DNA of 64,000 bases from a bacterium (lineage in GTDB: Bacteria; RBG-13-61-14; DATKZS01): assembly GCA_963674965.2 (NCBI GenBank), contig CAXXFL010000006.1, positions 224,001 to 288,000 of the forward strand, given 5' to 3'. Under the pieces are notes generated by a model that saw only the letters and a list, made by a program, of their open reading frames with translations, did not search any database and was not told the DNA's origin. The position numbers and the translations under genes are program-made. Positions 1-10,319 of the stretch are shown in pieces; positions within the stretch are counted from its first letter, which is position 1; each line of letters opens with the position of its first letter.

Positions 1-814
1 AGGTATAGCCGGACTGGGGGTCCACCATGGCGGCCCAGCCGGCGGACACGTCCATGACGCCCTTGCCCACGAAGTTCATGTAGCGAACGATCAGAAGCTC
101 GCGCTCGTAGTCGGGCTGCCAGTTGAAGCTCGAGGCCAGCCCGAACATGACGTGGTATTTTTCCGGCCATATGCTGGTGGGGTTCATGGGCACGGCCAGG
201 TAGGCTTTTTCGCTCCAGTCGTTCTCGCCCACTTTTTGGGACTTGTCGCTGAAATCCATTTGAGTGACCGACCATATGCCCCAACTGACCTCCCGGTCGG
301 ACACGTTTTTCATGAACGACTCGAGCTCGAGCCGGTTTGATCCGTCCCTCAAGGTGATGACGCGGCTTAACTGGACGCCGGCGTAGCCGCCCGAGTCTCC
401 TCCTACGAGCTTGATGGATACCTCCGGGCCCTCCTTTTTCAGTATCTCGTACTTGTGGGGCGCGGTGATGGCCGAGTCGCCGGGGCCGGGCCACAGGTCG
501 GGTCCGCTCCATCCCTGGGGCGCGGGCCAGAGCTTGTCGCCGCCGTAGTTTTTCCATCTTTCCATACAGTCGTTTTCCTCGGGGGCAAAGACCTTGCCCG
601 CCAGGGACCGGTTGACCCAAAGCCACTCGTTGCCGTCAACCTTATACTGGATTATCCTGCCGTTAAGCTGGGGGGCCACCAATACCTCGGTGGTCTCGTT
701 TTTAAGGAGAACGCACTTCCAGCCGTTATACTCGACGTCCTCCTCGATAACCGCGGCCATGGCCGCCAGGGGCAGCAAACCGATCATAACCATAAGCAAA
801 AAGGCAAATTTCAT
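1..814 (-). CDS. Secreted protein, DUF4380/galactose-mutarotase-like (runs off the window start)
   Basis: Manual translation from ATG 814 with SD GGAGGAG: MKFAFLLMVMIGLLPLAAMAA (signal peptide)...GRIIQY...NYGGDKLWPAPQ, a motif I recognise from DUF4380-like proteins. Absent from the ORF track because it is partial. Confidence 0.65.
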   Translation of the reverse strand, partial: MKFAFLLMVMIGLLPLAAMAAVIEEDVEYNGWKCVLLKNETTEVLVAPQLNGRIIQYKVDGNEWLWVNRSLAGKVFAPEENDCMERWKNYGGDKLWPAPQGWSGPDLWPGPGDSAITAPHKYEILKKEGPEVSIKLVGGDSGGYAGVQLSRVITLRDGSNRLELESFMKNVSDREVSWGIWSVTQMDFSDKSQKVGENDWSEKAYLAVPMNPTSIWPEKYHVMFGLASSFNWQPDYERELLIVRYMNFVGKGVMDVSAGWAAMVDPQSGYT

Positions 815-961
815 TAAACTCCTCCACGCCGTATTCTATGGATAAATATGTACCAGACAACGGGTTATTGCAAGTTCGTTTCCGCTCCAAAACAGGGCGC
901 TCCGGAAAACGCCCCGAGACTGGCGGCTGCCGGTTCGGGCAAAGACGGGAAGGCTCGGAGC

Positions 962-3900
962 TTAATCTCCATCCCCCGCGTCTTCATCCAGTATTTCCCT
1001 TATCTTGGCCGTGAGCGCTTGTACGGTGAAGGGTTTCTGGACGAAATGGATACCCTCATCGAGCACGCCGCGATGGGCGATGACGTTATCCGTATAACCC
1101 GACATGTAAATAACCTTGATATCTTTATATTTTTTAATGATTTCACCATGCAGCTCCCTGCCGTTCATCCCCGGCATGACGACGTCGGTCAATAGGAGGT
1201 GGATTTGTCCGGAGTGGCCGGCCGCGATCCGAAGGGCCTCATGGCCGTCTCTGGCCGCGATAACCTGATAGCCGTGACGCTCGAGAACGGCCGCGGCCAC
1301 CGCGCGGGCTTCCTCATGGTCTTCAGCCAGTAGTATGGTCTCCGAGCCGGAAAGGCCGCTAGATTTCTTTCTCTTCGCCCCCTCCTCAACGGGCGCGTCG
1401 TCGCGGGCGGGCAGGTAGACCTTGAAGACCGAGCCCTTGCCAGGCTCGCTGTACACCAGGATGTTTCCACCGTGCTGTTTCACGATGCCGAACACGGTGG
1501 CCAGGCCCAGGCCCGTTCCTCCCTCTCCCTTGGTGGTGAAGAAAGGCTCGAAGACCTTGTCCAGGGTATCTTTGTCCATGCCCTGGCCCGTGTCGCCCAC
1601 CGCCAGCATGAAATAGGGGCCCGGTTTCACGTCCGGCCGCGAGGCGGCGTACTCTTCGTCGAGTTCCGTCATGGCGGTCTCAATGGTAAGCTTGCCGCCC
1701 TCGGGCATGACCTCGGCCGCGTTCACCGCCAGGTTCATGATGACCTGCTCGATGAGGCCCACGTCCGCCATGACCGCCCTTGCCTCGGGAGACAGGGCGA
1801 TAACAATCTCGACGTCCTCCGGGATGGTACGCCGGAGCAGTTTCTCGAAGTCCAGGACGATCTTGTTAACGTCCACCGGCTTCATCTCCAGCGTCTGCTT
1901 CCGGCTGAAAGAAAGGAGTTGGCCCACCAGGTCACGGGCGCGAAGCCCGGCCTCGAGCATGTCCTCCAGGGACTCCCGCGCCTCTTCATTGAGGCTCGAA
2001 TCTTCCAGCAAAAGCTCGCCGTAACCGATAATGGGGGAAAGAAGGTTGTTAAGGTCATGAGCCACCCCGCCGGCCAGTCGGCCCACCGCCTCCATCTTGC
2101 GGGTCTGAACGAGTTGATCCATAAGTTGCTCCCGCTCGGCCAGCGCTCTTTTTTGCTCGGTAACGTTCAGGTAAGTGCCGCACACGCGGAGGGGGGAACC
2201 GTCGGCGCCCCGCTCGATGACTCGCCCTTTTATCAACACCCAGACGTAATGGCCCTCGCGGTGCATGAATCGGCTCTCGATCTCGATGGAATCGGATTGG
2301 CCCTCAAGATGATCCATTACGTTTTTTCTTAATTCGGGCAAGTCCTCGGGATGGGCCAGCCCACTCCAATCCTTCACGCTTAATTTCAGCCCGTCCGCCT
2401 CGCGCCCGAATATCCTCGTCCAATTCTCGTTGAAAGAAACCGTCTCGGACTTGACGTCCCAGTCCCAGGTGGCCAGGTCCGCGCCCGCCACCGCCAGTTC
2501 CGCCCGGTCGCGGGCCTCGACGAGCTCCCGCGCCCGCTCGTCCACCATCTCCTCGAGTTGCCCGCGCTTTCTCTGGGTGGACCAGCCCAGGGCGGCCAGT
2601 GACAAGGTGATCGTCATTCCCGCCAGTCCCACCAGCCACCAACTCTTGGCCGGATACAGGCCGATAAAGTCTTTCCCCTCCCGGGCCGTGATGATAAAGC
2701 ACTCGCCGAAGACGAACACGGGCCGTCTCACGGGCCGGAGGTGCTCGGGGGCGCGTTCAAAGTCGGGGGAGGAGGCCAGGATTATGAAATCCCCCAGCGG
2801 CCGCCCAAGAGATATCATCATCGGCGCCGCTCTATCGGGACCCGAGGTTGACAGGAGGTTTTCGGCCGGAATCTCGGCGGCCGCGAACCCCCGCGGGTCA
2901 TGGGATTCATCGTGAGAGAAAACGGGCCGGAAGAAAAGCAGCGTCTCGATACCTTTTGTTTCTTCTTCCAGGCCGGGACTGGGGCCTCGAAATATCACCC
3001 CGGGCCTTTTTGCCGAGCTTAGTATCTCTCTCGATCCGGGGTCGAAGCCCAGATCGTAACCCAGCTTTTTTTCATTGTCCCCAAGGGGGGCCACCCTCAT
3101 AACCGGATAATAGACCTCGCGTCCCGAGGCTGGGGAGCGTTTCCCCTCCCCGCCGCTTTCCCATATTTCAAACCCCGCCATTCCCTCGGCCCGGCACTCG
3201 CTCTCGATTCTTTCCTTTTCCCGGTCCTCGATGGGCCTGATCCATTCCCAGGACTTGACCGCCCGGTTTTCCAGGAGATAGTCGGTATAGTCCCGGAACT
3301 CATGGGGACTGACGTACACGCTGGCCTCGAAGAACCGGGCCACGGCCTCGAGCTCCACGTCCTGAAGCGTTTCGAGGGTCTTGGCCGCGGCTTTTGTCTT
3401 GGCCTCGGCCAACTGCCGGAAGGCGTCGCCGCGCGCGTCCGCCTCTTTTTCATGAGCTATCCAGGCGGCTAGAACGGTCAGGAAAAGACCGACGACCGCC
3501 GCGAAAAAAGCGCTCTCCCAATGGCGGGGAGGGTATTTGACGCGCCGTGAAAATCGGACGATCAGTCCCGACCCTAAAGCCGTTATCAAGACCATGGCCA
3601 GCGCGAATAAAATGGGAGGCCACGCCGTCCCCAACAACCTCATCTTCCATTCATGGGCCGCCACGTCCATACCCAGCACGGCGGCCAATTCTCCCGTATC
3701 GGGATCGACGATCGGGACCATGGCGCTTACCCAGGTCCCCCATCGGTCCGCGGACGGACCCGAGGTCAAGGCGACTTTTTGATCGAATACCCGCCGATCC
3801 TCCTCCGTAATCTCGTCGTAGACCTGGCCGGCGGGCGACTCGTCCTTCGAGCCGACCGGCTCGCCGTCGACGAAAAAAAACACTTGGTTGTCGCCTCGTC

Positions 3901-4225
3901 TTCCCATCAGGTATATGAAACGGCAGTTCCGATAGGCGGCCTTGGCCGAGGCCAGTTGTCGTTTTAAGAGGAGGTAGTCCGGTGAGGTCAGGTCGGCCCG
4001 GGTCCCGGTGAGTGTGCCCACCAGGTCGTGGTCCACCGCCTGTGCCGCCATCCGGGCCCGATAAAGCAGATCATCCCGCATGTGCCGGTCATAATGCCCG
4101 GCCATCCACCACGCAAACCCCGCGCCCGCGATCAGGAAAAATACTATCGCGAGAAAAGCGCGAAGGCGCGTTCCCCCGGGCTGGTATGTCTCGTCCGTGT
4201 TCTTGCCGAAAGCGTCGCCTCTCAA
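962..4225 (-). CDS. Membrane hybrid sensor histidine kinase (extracytoplasmic sensor + CHASE-like + PAS + HisKA/HATPase + REC)
   Basis: H-box GVAHDLNNLL, N-box NLAVNA, G-boxes DTGQGM and GTGLGL, C-terminal REC (LLLTDVVMPGMNG), PAS (TWDWD...HPED), several TM segments. Confidence 0.92.
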   Translation of the reverse strand: MRGDAFGKNTDETYQPGGTRLRAFLAIVFFLIAGAGFAWWMAGHYDRHMRDDLLYRARMAAQAVDHDLVGTLTGTRADLTSPDYLLLKRQLASAKAAYRNCRFIYLMGRRGDNQVFFFVDGEPVGSKDESPAGQVYDEITEEDRRVFDQKVALTSGPSADRWGTWVSAMVPIVDPDTGELAAVLGMDVAAHEWKMRLLGTAWPPILFALAMVLITALGSGLIVRFSRRVKYPPRHWESAFFAAVVGLFLTVLAAWIAHEKEADARGDAFRQLAEAKTKAAAKTLETLQDVELEAVARFFEASVYVSPHEFRDYTDYLLENRAVKSWEWIRPIEDREKERIESECRAEGMAGFEIWESGGEGKRSPASGREVYYPVMRVAPLGDNEKKLGYDLGFDPGSREILSSAKRPGVIFRGPSPGLEEETKGIETLLFFRPVFSHDESHDPRGFAAAEIPAENLLSTSGPDRAAPMMISLGRPLGDFIILASSPDFERAPEHLRPVRRPVFVFGECFIITAREGKDFIGLYPAKSWWLVGLAGMTITLSLAALGWSTQRKRGQLEEMVDERARELVEARDRAELAVAGADLATWDWDVKSETVSFNENWTRIFGREADGLKLSVKDWSGLAHPEDLPELRKNVMDHLEGQSDSIEIESRFMHREGHYVWVLIKGRVIERGADGSPLRVCGTYLNVTEQKRALAEREQLMDQLVQTRKMEAVGRLAGGVAHDLNNLLSPIIGYGELLLEDSSLNEEARESLEDMLEAGLRARDLVGQLLSFSRKQTLEMKPVDVNKIVLDFEKLLRRTIPEDVEIVIALSPEARAVMADVGLIEQVIMNLAVNAAEVMPEGGKLTIETAMTELDEEYAASRPDVKPGPYFMLAVGDTGQGMDKDTLDKVFEPFFTTKGEGGTGLGLATVFGIVKQHGGNILVYSEPGKGSVFKVYLPARDDAPVEEGAKRKKSSGLSGSETILLAEDHEEARAVAAAVLERHGYQVIAARDGHEALRIAAGHSGQIHLLLTDVVMPGMNGRELHGEIIKKYKDIKVIYMSGYTDNVIAHRGVLDEGIHFVQKPFTVQALTAKIREILDEDAGDGD

Positions 4226-4481
4226 ATCTTCACTTGGTTATGAAAAATTCACCTCAAAATTACAGGAGGCTCAAGTGAAACATATATACCACGTCAGCTT
4301 ACATTATCCCAAGCGGGTTTGCAGAAAAAAATACCAGCCCGCCGCGAGGAGGTCAAGGCGTTTATTGGAAGCGGGCAAGTCAAGGCGGGTGTGGAGAAAC
4401 CGGACTTTGATTAAGAATTTGCCGGTCAGTAAAACCCCTGAACACAAAAAAGGCGATGAAAAAGGACGGTCTCCTACCTCC

Positions 4482-5948
4482 TTACTTTGCGGCGTTCATC
4501 ATCATCCGGATGTAGAAGTTGACCGTTTCCCCGTAGTTGTCCGCGGCTATCCTCTCGTTGGTCCCGTGGATTCTTTTCAGGTCCTCCCCGGTGAGGCGGG
4601 AGGGAAGATACCGGAGCACGTTGTCGCAAATGGGACAATAGTGCCTGGCGTCGGTGGCGGCCATGACCAGGTAAGGGGCCACGATGGTCTCGGGAAAAAC
4701 CTCCTTGATGGTCACCGCCAGTTTCTCGAAGGCCGGCGAGTTGACGTCGGACATGGCCGAGGCCTCGCTCGGCGGGTGGTCGCCCATCGTGACCTTGACC
4801 CTCGGGTCGCCGATCACCTTGTTGACCCTGTCCATGACGTAGTCGATACGGTCGCCGGGAAGCAGCCTGAAGTTGACCACCGCCTCCGCCTTGGGGGGAA
4901 GAACGTTCTCCTTCTCCCCCGCGTGGATGATGGTGACCGCCGTGGTGGTGTGAAGGCTGGCGTCGGTCGCCTTCGAGGCCGAAAGCTGACTCACGATCAG
5001 GGGCTTGAACAGCCAGCGGTTGGCCATGACCATCTTCATGCCGTAGGGCATTTCTGGTCCCACGAAGTCTAAAAGGAGCATGGAATGGTCAGCCCTTTTA
5101 GGGAAGGGGTTTTCCTCGAGCTTGGTGATGGCCGCGGCCAGTATGCCGATGGCCGTCTGGCGCGGCGGCATCGAGGAGTGGCCGCCCTCGGCCTCGACGC
5201 TGAGCCTCACGGTCATGTATCCTTTTTCCGCCACGCCGATGAGGGACACGGGCGACTTGACGCCGGGCACCATGCCCTCGGTGATGGCCCCCGACTCATC
5301 GAGCGCCATGAAGGCCCTGACGCCCCTTTTCTGGAGGAGCTTCACTATCTCGGCCGCCCCGGCCCTCCCTCCTATTTCCTCGTCGTGGCCAAAGGCGAGA
5401 TAGAAGTCTCGCTCGGGCCTGAATCCCCGCGAGAGCAGCCACTCGGCCGCCTCCATTATGCCCATGAGGCTGCCCTTGTCGTCCAGGGTCCCCCGGCCCC
5501 AGATATAGCCGTCGGCTATGACGCCGGAGAAGGGCGGCTGGGTCCAGTCCTTCTCCGTGCCCGAGGCGATGGGCACCACGTCCTGGTGGGCCATGAAGAT
5601 TACGGGCTCGAGCCCCGGGTCCTTGCCCTTCCATTTGTAAAGCAGGCTGTGGCCGCCTACTATCTCGCGCTCGAGCGAGGCGTGGACCAGGGGAAAGCTC
5701 TCGATCAGGTATTGCCGGAAAGCCTCGAACTCTTTGAAGTCGACCCTGGCCGCGTCTTGGTAGGAAATGGTCTTGAAACGCACCGCCCCCCCGAGTCGCT
5801 CGGCCGCCGCGTCCGTGCCCTTAAAGACGCGCGCCGCGGGCTCGGGTGAAAGCTGCCTCGAGGAAAAGACGCTCGTCTTGATAAAAACGACCGCCGCAAG
5901 GACGGCGACAAAACCCGATAAAAATATGGCGAGCTTCTTTTTCATCAT
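4482..5948 (-). CDS. M20 family metallopeptidase (carboxypeptidase S/PM20D1-like)
   Basis: Motifs AHQDVVP, GRGTLDDKG, GHDEEIGG, GGHSSMP, HGTNERI; N-terminal membrane anchor. Confidence 0.9.
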   Translation of the reverse strand: MMKKKLAIFLSGFVAVLAAVVFIKTSVFSSRQLSPEPAARVFKGTDAAAERLGGAVRFKTISYQDAARVDFKEFEAFRQYLIESFPLVHASLEREIVGGHSLLYKWKGKDPGLEPVIFMAHQDVVPIASGTEKDWTQPPFSGVIADGYIWGRGTLDDKGSLMGIMEAAEWLLSRGFRPERDFYLAFGHDEEIGGRAGAAEIVKLLQKRGVRAFMALDESGAITEGMVPGVKSPVSLIGVAEKGYMTVRLSVEAEGGHSSMPPRQTAIGILAAAITKLEENPFPKRADHSMLLLDFVGPEMPYGMKMVMANRWLFKPLIVSQLSASKATDASLHTTTAVTIIHAGEKENVLPPKAEAVVNFRLLPGDRIDYVMDRVNKVIGDPRVKVTMGDHPPSEASAMSDVNSPAFEKLAVTIKEVFPETIVAPYLVMAATDARHYCPICDNVLRYLPSRLTGEDLKRIHGTNERIAADNYGETVNFYIRMMMNAAK

Positions 5949-6178
5949 GTCCTCCAGTCCATGGGCCGCCCGGCCCGCGCGTGGAACAAGGGCGGCGGCG
6001 TTCTCCAGTATAACCCGATCGGGGCAAAATCACGCAATCCATATTTAGCCGTCTCCATTTAAATATGCGTGGCGTTATTATGCCGGCCTTTTTTTCGGGT
6101 CATTTGGATATTATAAAGATAGGGAAGAGATTCGGAAAGGAAGAGATTCTGTTAACAAGTCATCAAGAGCGCGACCAT

Positions 6179-6267
6179 CCCCCCGCAGGGGGGTACCTTG
6201 AATAGCCGTAGGCTGGAAGCCTACGGAAAGCTTCCCGAAGAAAAGCGCCCCTGAAGGGGGCGAGCAA
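6179..6267 (+). repeat. REP-like three-hairpin element, left flank of the Y1 transposase
   Basis: CCCCCCGCAGGGGGG...TGAATAGCCGTAGGCTGGAAGCCTACGG...GCCCCTGAAGGGGGC; an inverted copy lies at 6955-7047. Confidence 0.75.
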
Positions 6268-6360
6268 TGTAATAGCCATGAGGTAGTCCAGTATATCCAG
6301 TCATTAAGGAACCCTGTTCTTTATTTTATAGAATTGGCCGTAAACGCCGCGTCTACGTCT

Positions 6361-6807
6361 CTACGGAAAATATTTCTCTTCAATTTCGACTCCAGCTTCC
6401 TCAAGCATCCTTCTGAGTTCCTCCTGGAATGAAATCTTCTTGTGATGTTCTTCCTGCTTCTTTATATAATCGATAATGGCGTTTTTTTCATTGATCGAAT
6501 GGGTAAACCCTCCATAATTGTCCTGCCAGCCATCGAAACCGGGGAAAAGGCTTTTATCCTTAATGTATCTCGATGACGAAGACTTTATTTCTCTGACCAA
6601 GTCGGCAAGGGCGACCGTGGGATGAAGACTCGTGAAAATATGGACATGGTCGTCAGCGGCGTTTATGCGGTACAGGTGGCATTTGTTGTTCTTCAGTATG
6701 CCCCAGATATAGCGGAAAAGAACCTCTCGGTTCGGAGCGGCAAGCACCGGGCGACGGTTCTTCGTTGAAAAAATAATATGGTAGTATATTTGCGTGTAGG
6801 TAGTCAT
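6361..6807 (-). CDS. tnpA: IS200/IS605-family Y1 (HUH) transposase, RAYT/TnpA-REP-like
   Basis: YHIIFSTKNR, HUH motif DHVHIF, WQDNYGGF, catalytic YIKKQEEHH; AT-rich relative to neighbours; no tnpB. Confidence 0.88.
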   Translation of the reverse strand: MTTYTQIYYHIIFSTKNRRPVLAAPNREVLFRYIWGILKNNKCHLYRINAADDHVHIFTSLHPTVALADLVREIKSSSSRYIKDKSLFPGFDGWQDNYGGFTHSINEKNAIIDYIKKQEEHHKKISFQEELRRMLEEAGVEIEEKYFP

Positions 6808-6954
6808 CGTAATGTTGCCCCTTTATTTTAGTTGCCGCCAAGGGATTATTCAAGAACAAGGCGAGCCAATTTGAACGACCGCGGGCGCGGACAATTAGGC
6901 TAAGCACAATATTGGTTAAAAAGTGGAGCGCAAAGAAGATCATTCAACCAATTT

Positions 6955-7047
6955 TTGTCCGACCCCTTCGGGGCCGGCAAATGTAGCGAATTGTTATCCG
7001 TAGGTCGATGACCTACGGCTATTCACGTTATCCCCCTTCGGGGGCAA
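6955..7047 (-). repeat. REP-like three-hairpin element, right flank (inverted)
   Basis: Reverse complement reads CCCCGAAGGGGG...TGAATAGCCGTAGGTCATCGACCTACGG...CCCCGAAGGGG; 14-bp perfect inverted match 6199-6212 / 7012-7025. Confidence 0.75.
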
Positions 7048-7087
7048 TAATGACGCGATGACTCGACAAAAAGAAGCGGTCAGAGTA

Positions 7088-10000
7088 CTAGAAAAGTTTA
7101 AGCTGCTCGGCCCTTGGCGGCTCCTTTTTCTTTCTCTTTTCGGAGGCGGTCATCTCGAGGAGGTCCTTCTCGATTTCCTCGAGGAAGGGGGAGGGCCTTC
7201 TTCGCGAGACCTTGCTGGAGACGGCCCTCCTCGCCGAGTGGCTAAGATACAGCCGCTCCATGGCCCGGGTCATGCCCACGAAAAGAAGACGCCTCTCCTC
7301 GTCAACGTCGGCCGCCTTGTCCCTGGCAAAGCGGAAGGGCAGTATCCCGTCCTCCAGCCCGACGATAAAGACAACGGGCCACTCGAGTCCCTTCGAGGCG
7401 TGCAGGGTCATGAGAGAGACGCGGTCAGCCCTCGGGTCCCAGGCGTCGACCTCGGCGCCCATGGCCAGGGCGTTTATAAAGCCCGCCTCATCTCCCGAGT
7501 GGGACCTGGCCGCGTACTTTAATAGCTCGAGGGCGTCATCGACCACTTCCCTTTCCGGGCCGTCCTTTTCTCCGCCGTCCACAAGGAAACGGGCCGCGCT
7601 CTCGAGCCGTCCCTCGAGCGTCTCGCCGCCGGCCTTGCCGATGGCCGCGATGATCTCCGCCACGCCCGGTCTTGCCAGCAGGCGGTCGTGAGACCTTTTC
7701 TGGAAGGGTATGCCCGACCTGGAAAAGGCCTCGACGAGAGGCGCCGCCAGGGCCTCGGTCCTGTAAAGCACGGCGAAGTCGGAAAAGGAGTAGTCGCCTT
7801 CCCGGCCTTGTTCCGTCCTTCCGCTGTCAATGGAGAAGAAGGTGTGGCCGCCGATCAGCTTCTCGATCTGGTGGACCGCGTTTTCCGCCTCGGCGGCCTC
7901 GGTCGGCGCCCGGTGGAGGACCACGCCTCCCGGATCGGAGATGGCCGCCTTGAAGCTCCTGCCCTCCACTAAAGAAGCGGGAGCGATGGCCTGGAGCGAC
8001 GCCTCGAGGATATTGCCGCCCGAGCGGTAGTTGCGCTCGAGCTCGACCACTTTCGCCCCGGGAAAGTCATCCTTGAAGCGCAGGAAAAAGCCCACGTCCG
8101 CTCCCCGGAAGCCGTAGATGGACTGGTCCGGGTCGCCGATGGCGCAGATGGCCGAGTCCGGAGCGGCCAGGGCTTTGACCAGGCCGTACTGCCTTTCGTC
8201 CACGTCCTGGTACTCGTCGATGGACGGCCAGGGCCACCTGTCCCGGTACCGCTCGGCCAGGCCGGGCTGGGAGGAAAATAATTCGAGGGGCATGGAAATG
8301 AGGTCGTCGAAATCCACCATGCCCCGGGCCGCGAGTCCCTTTTCGTAAGCCCCGAGACTCTCGGCCACTCCCTCCTCCGGCTCGGTCCCACCTTTGGCCC
8401 CGCTTATCTTGCCAAGCGCCTTTTCGGCCTTGGACCGCGTCAGCCCGAGGGAGTCCATCAGAATCCGGACCCGCTCGGTCTCGCTTGCCACCCGTACTCT
8501 CCTGCCCAGACCCAGGGCCCTCGAGTTCTCCTCGATGATCTTGAGCCCGAGGGCGTGAAAGGTCATGACCGGAAAGGAGCCCGCGTGCTCGGGCAGCAAT
8601 GCCTCGAGTCTCTCGAGGGCCTCATGGGCGGCCCGCCGCGTGAAGGTGATGACCAGACACTGGTCGGGGCGGGCTATCCCCTTTGCCACCAGATGAGCCA
8701 CGCGGTGGGTCAGGGTCCGGGTCTTGCCCGCGCCCGGACCGGCCACGATCAGCAGCGGCCCGTCCATGACTTTGGCGGCCTGGAGCTGCTCCTCATCCAG
8801 GCCGGAGAGGATGGCGTCCACTCCGAACAGCGGTTTTTGCGCCGCGGGCTTTTGGGGCTTTTTGCAAGATTCGACCTTTTGCGCCGTCTTTGGCTTTGCT
8901 TCCGACGGAGCGCGATTTTCCTCGTCCTTTTCATCGTCACCGACGCGCGGGAGTTCTTCCTCCTTGGGCAGCTCGAAGAGCAGTCCGGCTGAGGGCGAAC
9001 CTTTCAGCTCTCCTTCCTCGAAGAGCTTGATCACGCCGTACTCCCCGTCAAAGCCGGCTTCCCTTATCACCCTGCCCTCGCGCATCCTCGAGACGGCCTC
9101 GGCCATGGTCTCCGAGCCCAGCCGGGCCACGTCCTCGAGGGGGGCGTCGTTGAGGATGAAAAGCTCGGGACCCACCCGCGAGACCAGGGCCTCATAGGTC
9201 TTCATCACCCCCTTGGTGGCCGGGCCTTTTCCCAGTATCTCGGCGATGACCTCGGCCAGGGGGATGAGGCCGCGAAAGTCTCCCGCCCCTTTCGGCTTCA
9301 CGCCCTCCGCCCGGTCGGCCAGTTCCTCGACCCGATACAGGACGCCGATGGTGAGGGGCTTGCCGCATTTGGGACATACGCCTTTCGCTTCTTTGGTCTG
9401 GACCGGGTCCAGTCTGACGCCGCATTTTCTGTGCCCGTCGGCGTGGTACTTGCCTTCCTCGGGGAACATCTCGATGGTGCCGCCGTAGTTATCTCCGGTT
9501 TCGAGGGCCCGTTTCATGGCGAAGTAATCCATCTCGGTATTGAAGACGCAGCATTCCCTTCCCAGCTTGGCGGGCGAGTGGGCGTCGGAGCTGGACACGA
9601 GGCGGTACTTGTCCAGGCTCGAGAGTCTCCAGTTCATGGGCGGGTCCGAGCTTAGCCCGGTCTCGACGGCGAAGATATGGGAGGCCAGGTCCCCGTAGCA
9701 TTCGTCGATCGAGTCGTAGCCGCTCTTGCTTCCCATGGCCGAGAACCAGGGCGTCCAGATATGGGCGGGCACGAGGAAAGAGTCCTGGCCCGACTCGAGG
9801 GCTATCTCGAGGAGGTCCCGCGAGGGAAGGCCCAGGATGGGCCGTCCGTCGGATTTGATATTGCCGATTCTGTCCAGGGCCCTCCTGAACCTGTCCGCGC
9901 TCTCCACGTCCGGCGCGTGGATGACGTGATGGACCTTCCTGGTTTTGCCGTCCCGTTTGTAGATGGTGGATATCTCGACGGTAAGGGTGAAGCGGGTCTC

Positions 10001-10252
10001 GCCCTCCAGGCCGGGCCCGACCCGCGCCGCGACCTCCCTCTCGAGGGGGGGCGCCAGCCGGAAAAGACCAGGCTCGGCCGGACGGAGCTTTTCCTTTATC
10101 TCCGCGAACCAAGCGGGGTGGGTGAAGTCGCCCGTGCCGATGACGGAGATGCCCTTTTTGGCGGCCCAGATGGAAAGGTTCTCCAGGTCGCATTGCTTGC
10201 TGGTGGCCCTCGAGTACTTGGAATGTATGTGAAGGTCGGCGTAAAATGTCAT
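7088..10252 (-). CDS. Endonuclease Q-like PHP domain fused to UvrD/REP (SF1A) helicase
   Basis: N-terminal DLHIHSKYSRATS, GTGDFTHP, AHIWTPWFS, SDAHS and Zn finger C-x-x-C; C-terminal Walker A AGPGAGKT, DEYQD, GDPDQSIYGFRGA, TLHASKGLEW, EERRLLFVGMTRA. Confidence 0.9.
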   Translation of the reverse strand: MTFYADLHIHSKYSRATSKQCDLENLSIWAAKKGISVIGTGDFTHPAWFAEIKEKLRPAEPGLFRLAPPLEREVAARVGPGLEGETRFTLTVEISTIYKRDGKTRKVHHVIHAPDVESADRFRRALDRIGNIKSDGRPILGLPSRDLLEIALESGQDSFLVPAHIWTPWFSAMGSKSGYDSIDECYGDLASHIFAVETGLSSDPPMNWRLSSLDKYRLVSSSDAHSPAKLGRECCVFNTEMDYFAMKRALETGDNYGGTIEMFPEEGKYHADGHRKCGVRLDPVQTKEAKGVCPKCGKPLTIGVLYRVEELADRAEGVKPKGAGDFRGLIPLAEVIAEILGKGPATKGVMKTYEALVSRVGPELFILNDAPLEDVARLGSETMAEAVSRMREGRVIREAGFDGEYGVIKLFEEGELKGSPSAGLLFELPKEEELPRVGDDEKDEENRAPSEAKPKTAQKVESCKKPQKPAAQKPLFGVDAILSGLDEEQLQAAKVMDGPLLIVAGPGAGKTRTLTHRVAHLVAKGIARPDQCLVITFTRRAAHEALERLEALLPEHAGSFPVMTFHALGLKIIEENSRALGLGRRVRVASETERVRILMDSLGLTRSKAEKALGKISGAKGGTEPEEGVAESLGAYEKGLAARGMVDFDDLISMPLELFSSQPGLAERYRDRWPWPSIDEYQDVDERQYGLVKALAAPDSAICAIGDPDQSIYGFRGADVGFFLRFKDDFPGAKVVELERNYRSGGNILEASLQAIAPASLVEGRSFKAAISDPGGVVLHRAPTEAAEAENAVHQIEKLIGGHTFFSIDSGRTEQGREGDYSFSDFAVLYRTEALAAPLVEAFSRSGIPFQKRSHDRLLARPGVAEIIAAIGKAGGETLEGRLESAARFLVDGGEKDGPEREVVDDALELLKYAARSHSGDEAGFINALAMGAEVDAWDPRADRVSLMTLHASKGLEWPVVFIVGLEDGILPFRFARDKAADVDEERRLLFVGMTRAMERLYLSHSARRAVSSKVSRRRPSPFLEEIEKDLLEMTASEKRKKKEPPRAEQLKLF

Positions 10253-10319
10253 GGCCCGCTCCCGAGGCGATCATTTTAGCCCGGAACGGCGCCAATGGAA
10301 ACCGATAAAGAGGATGAAA

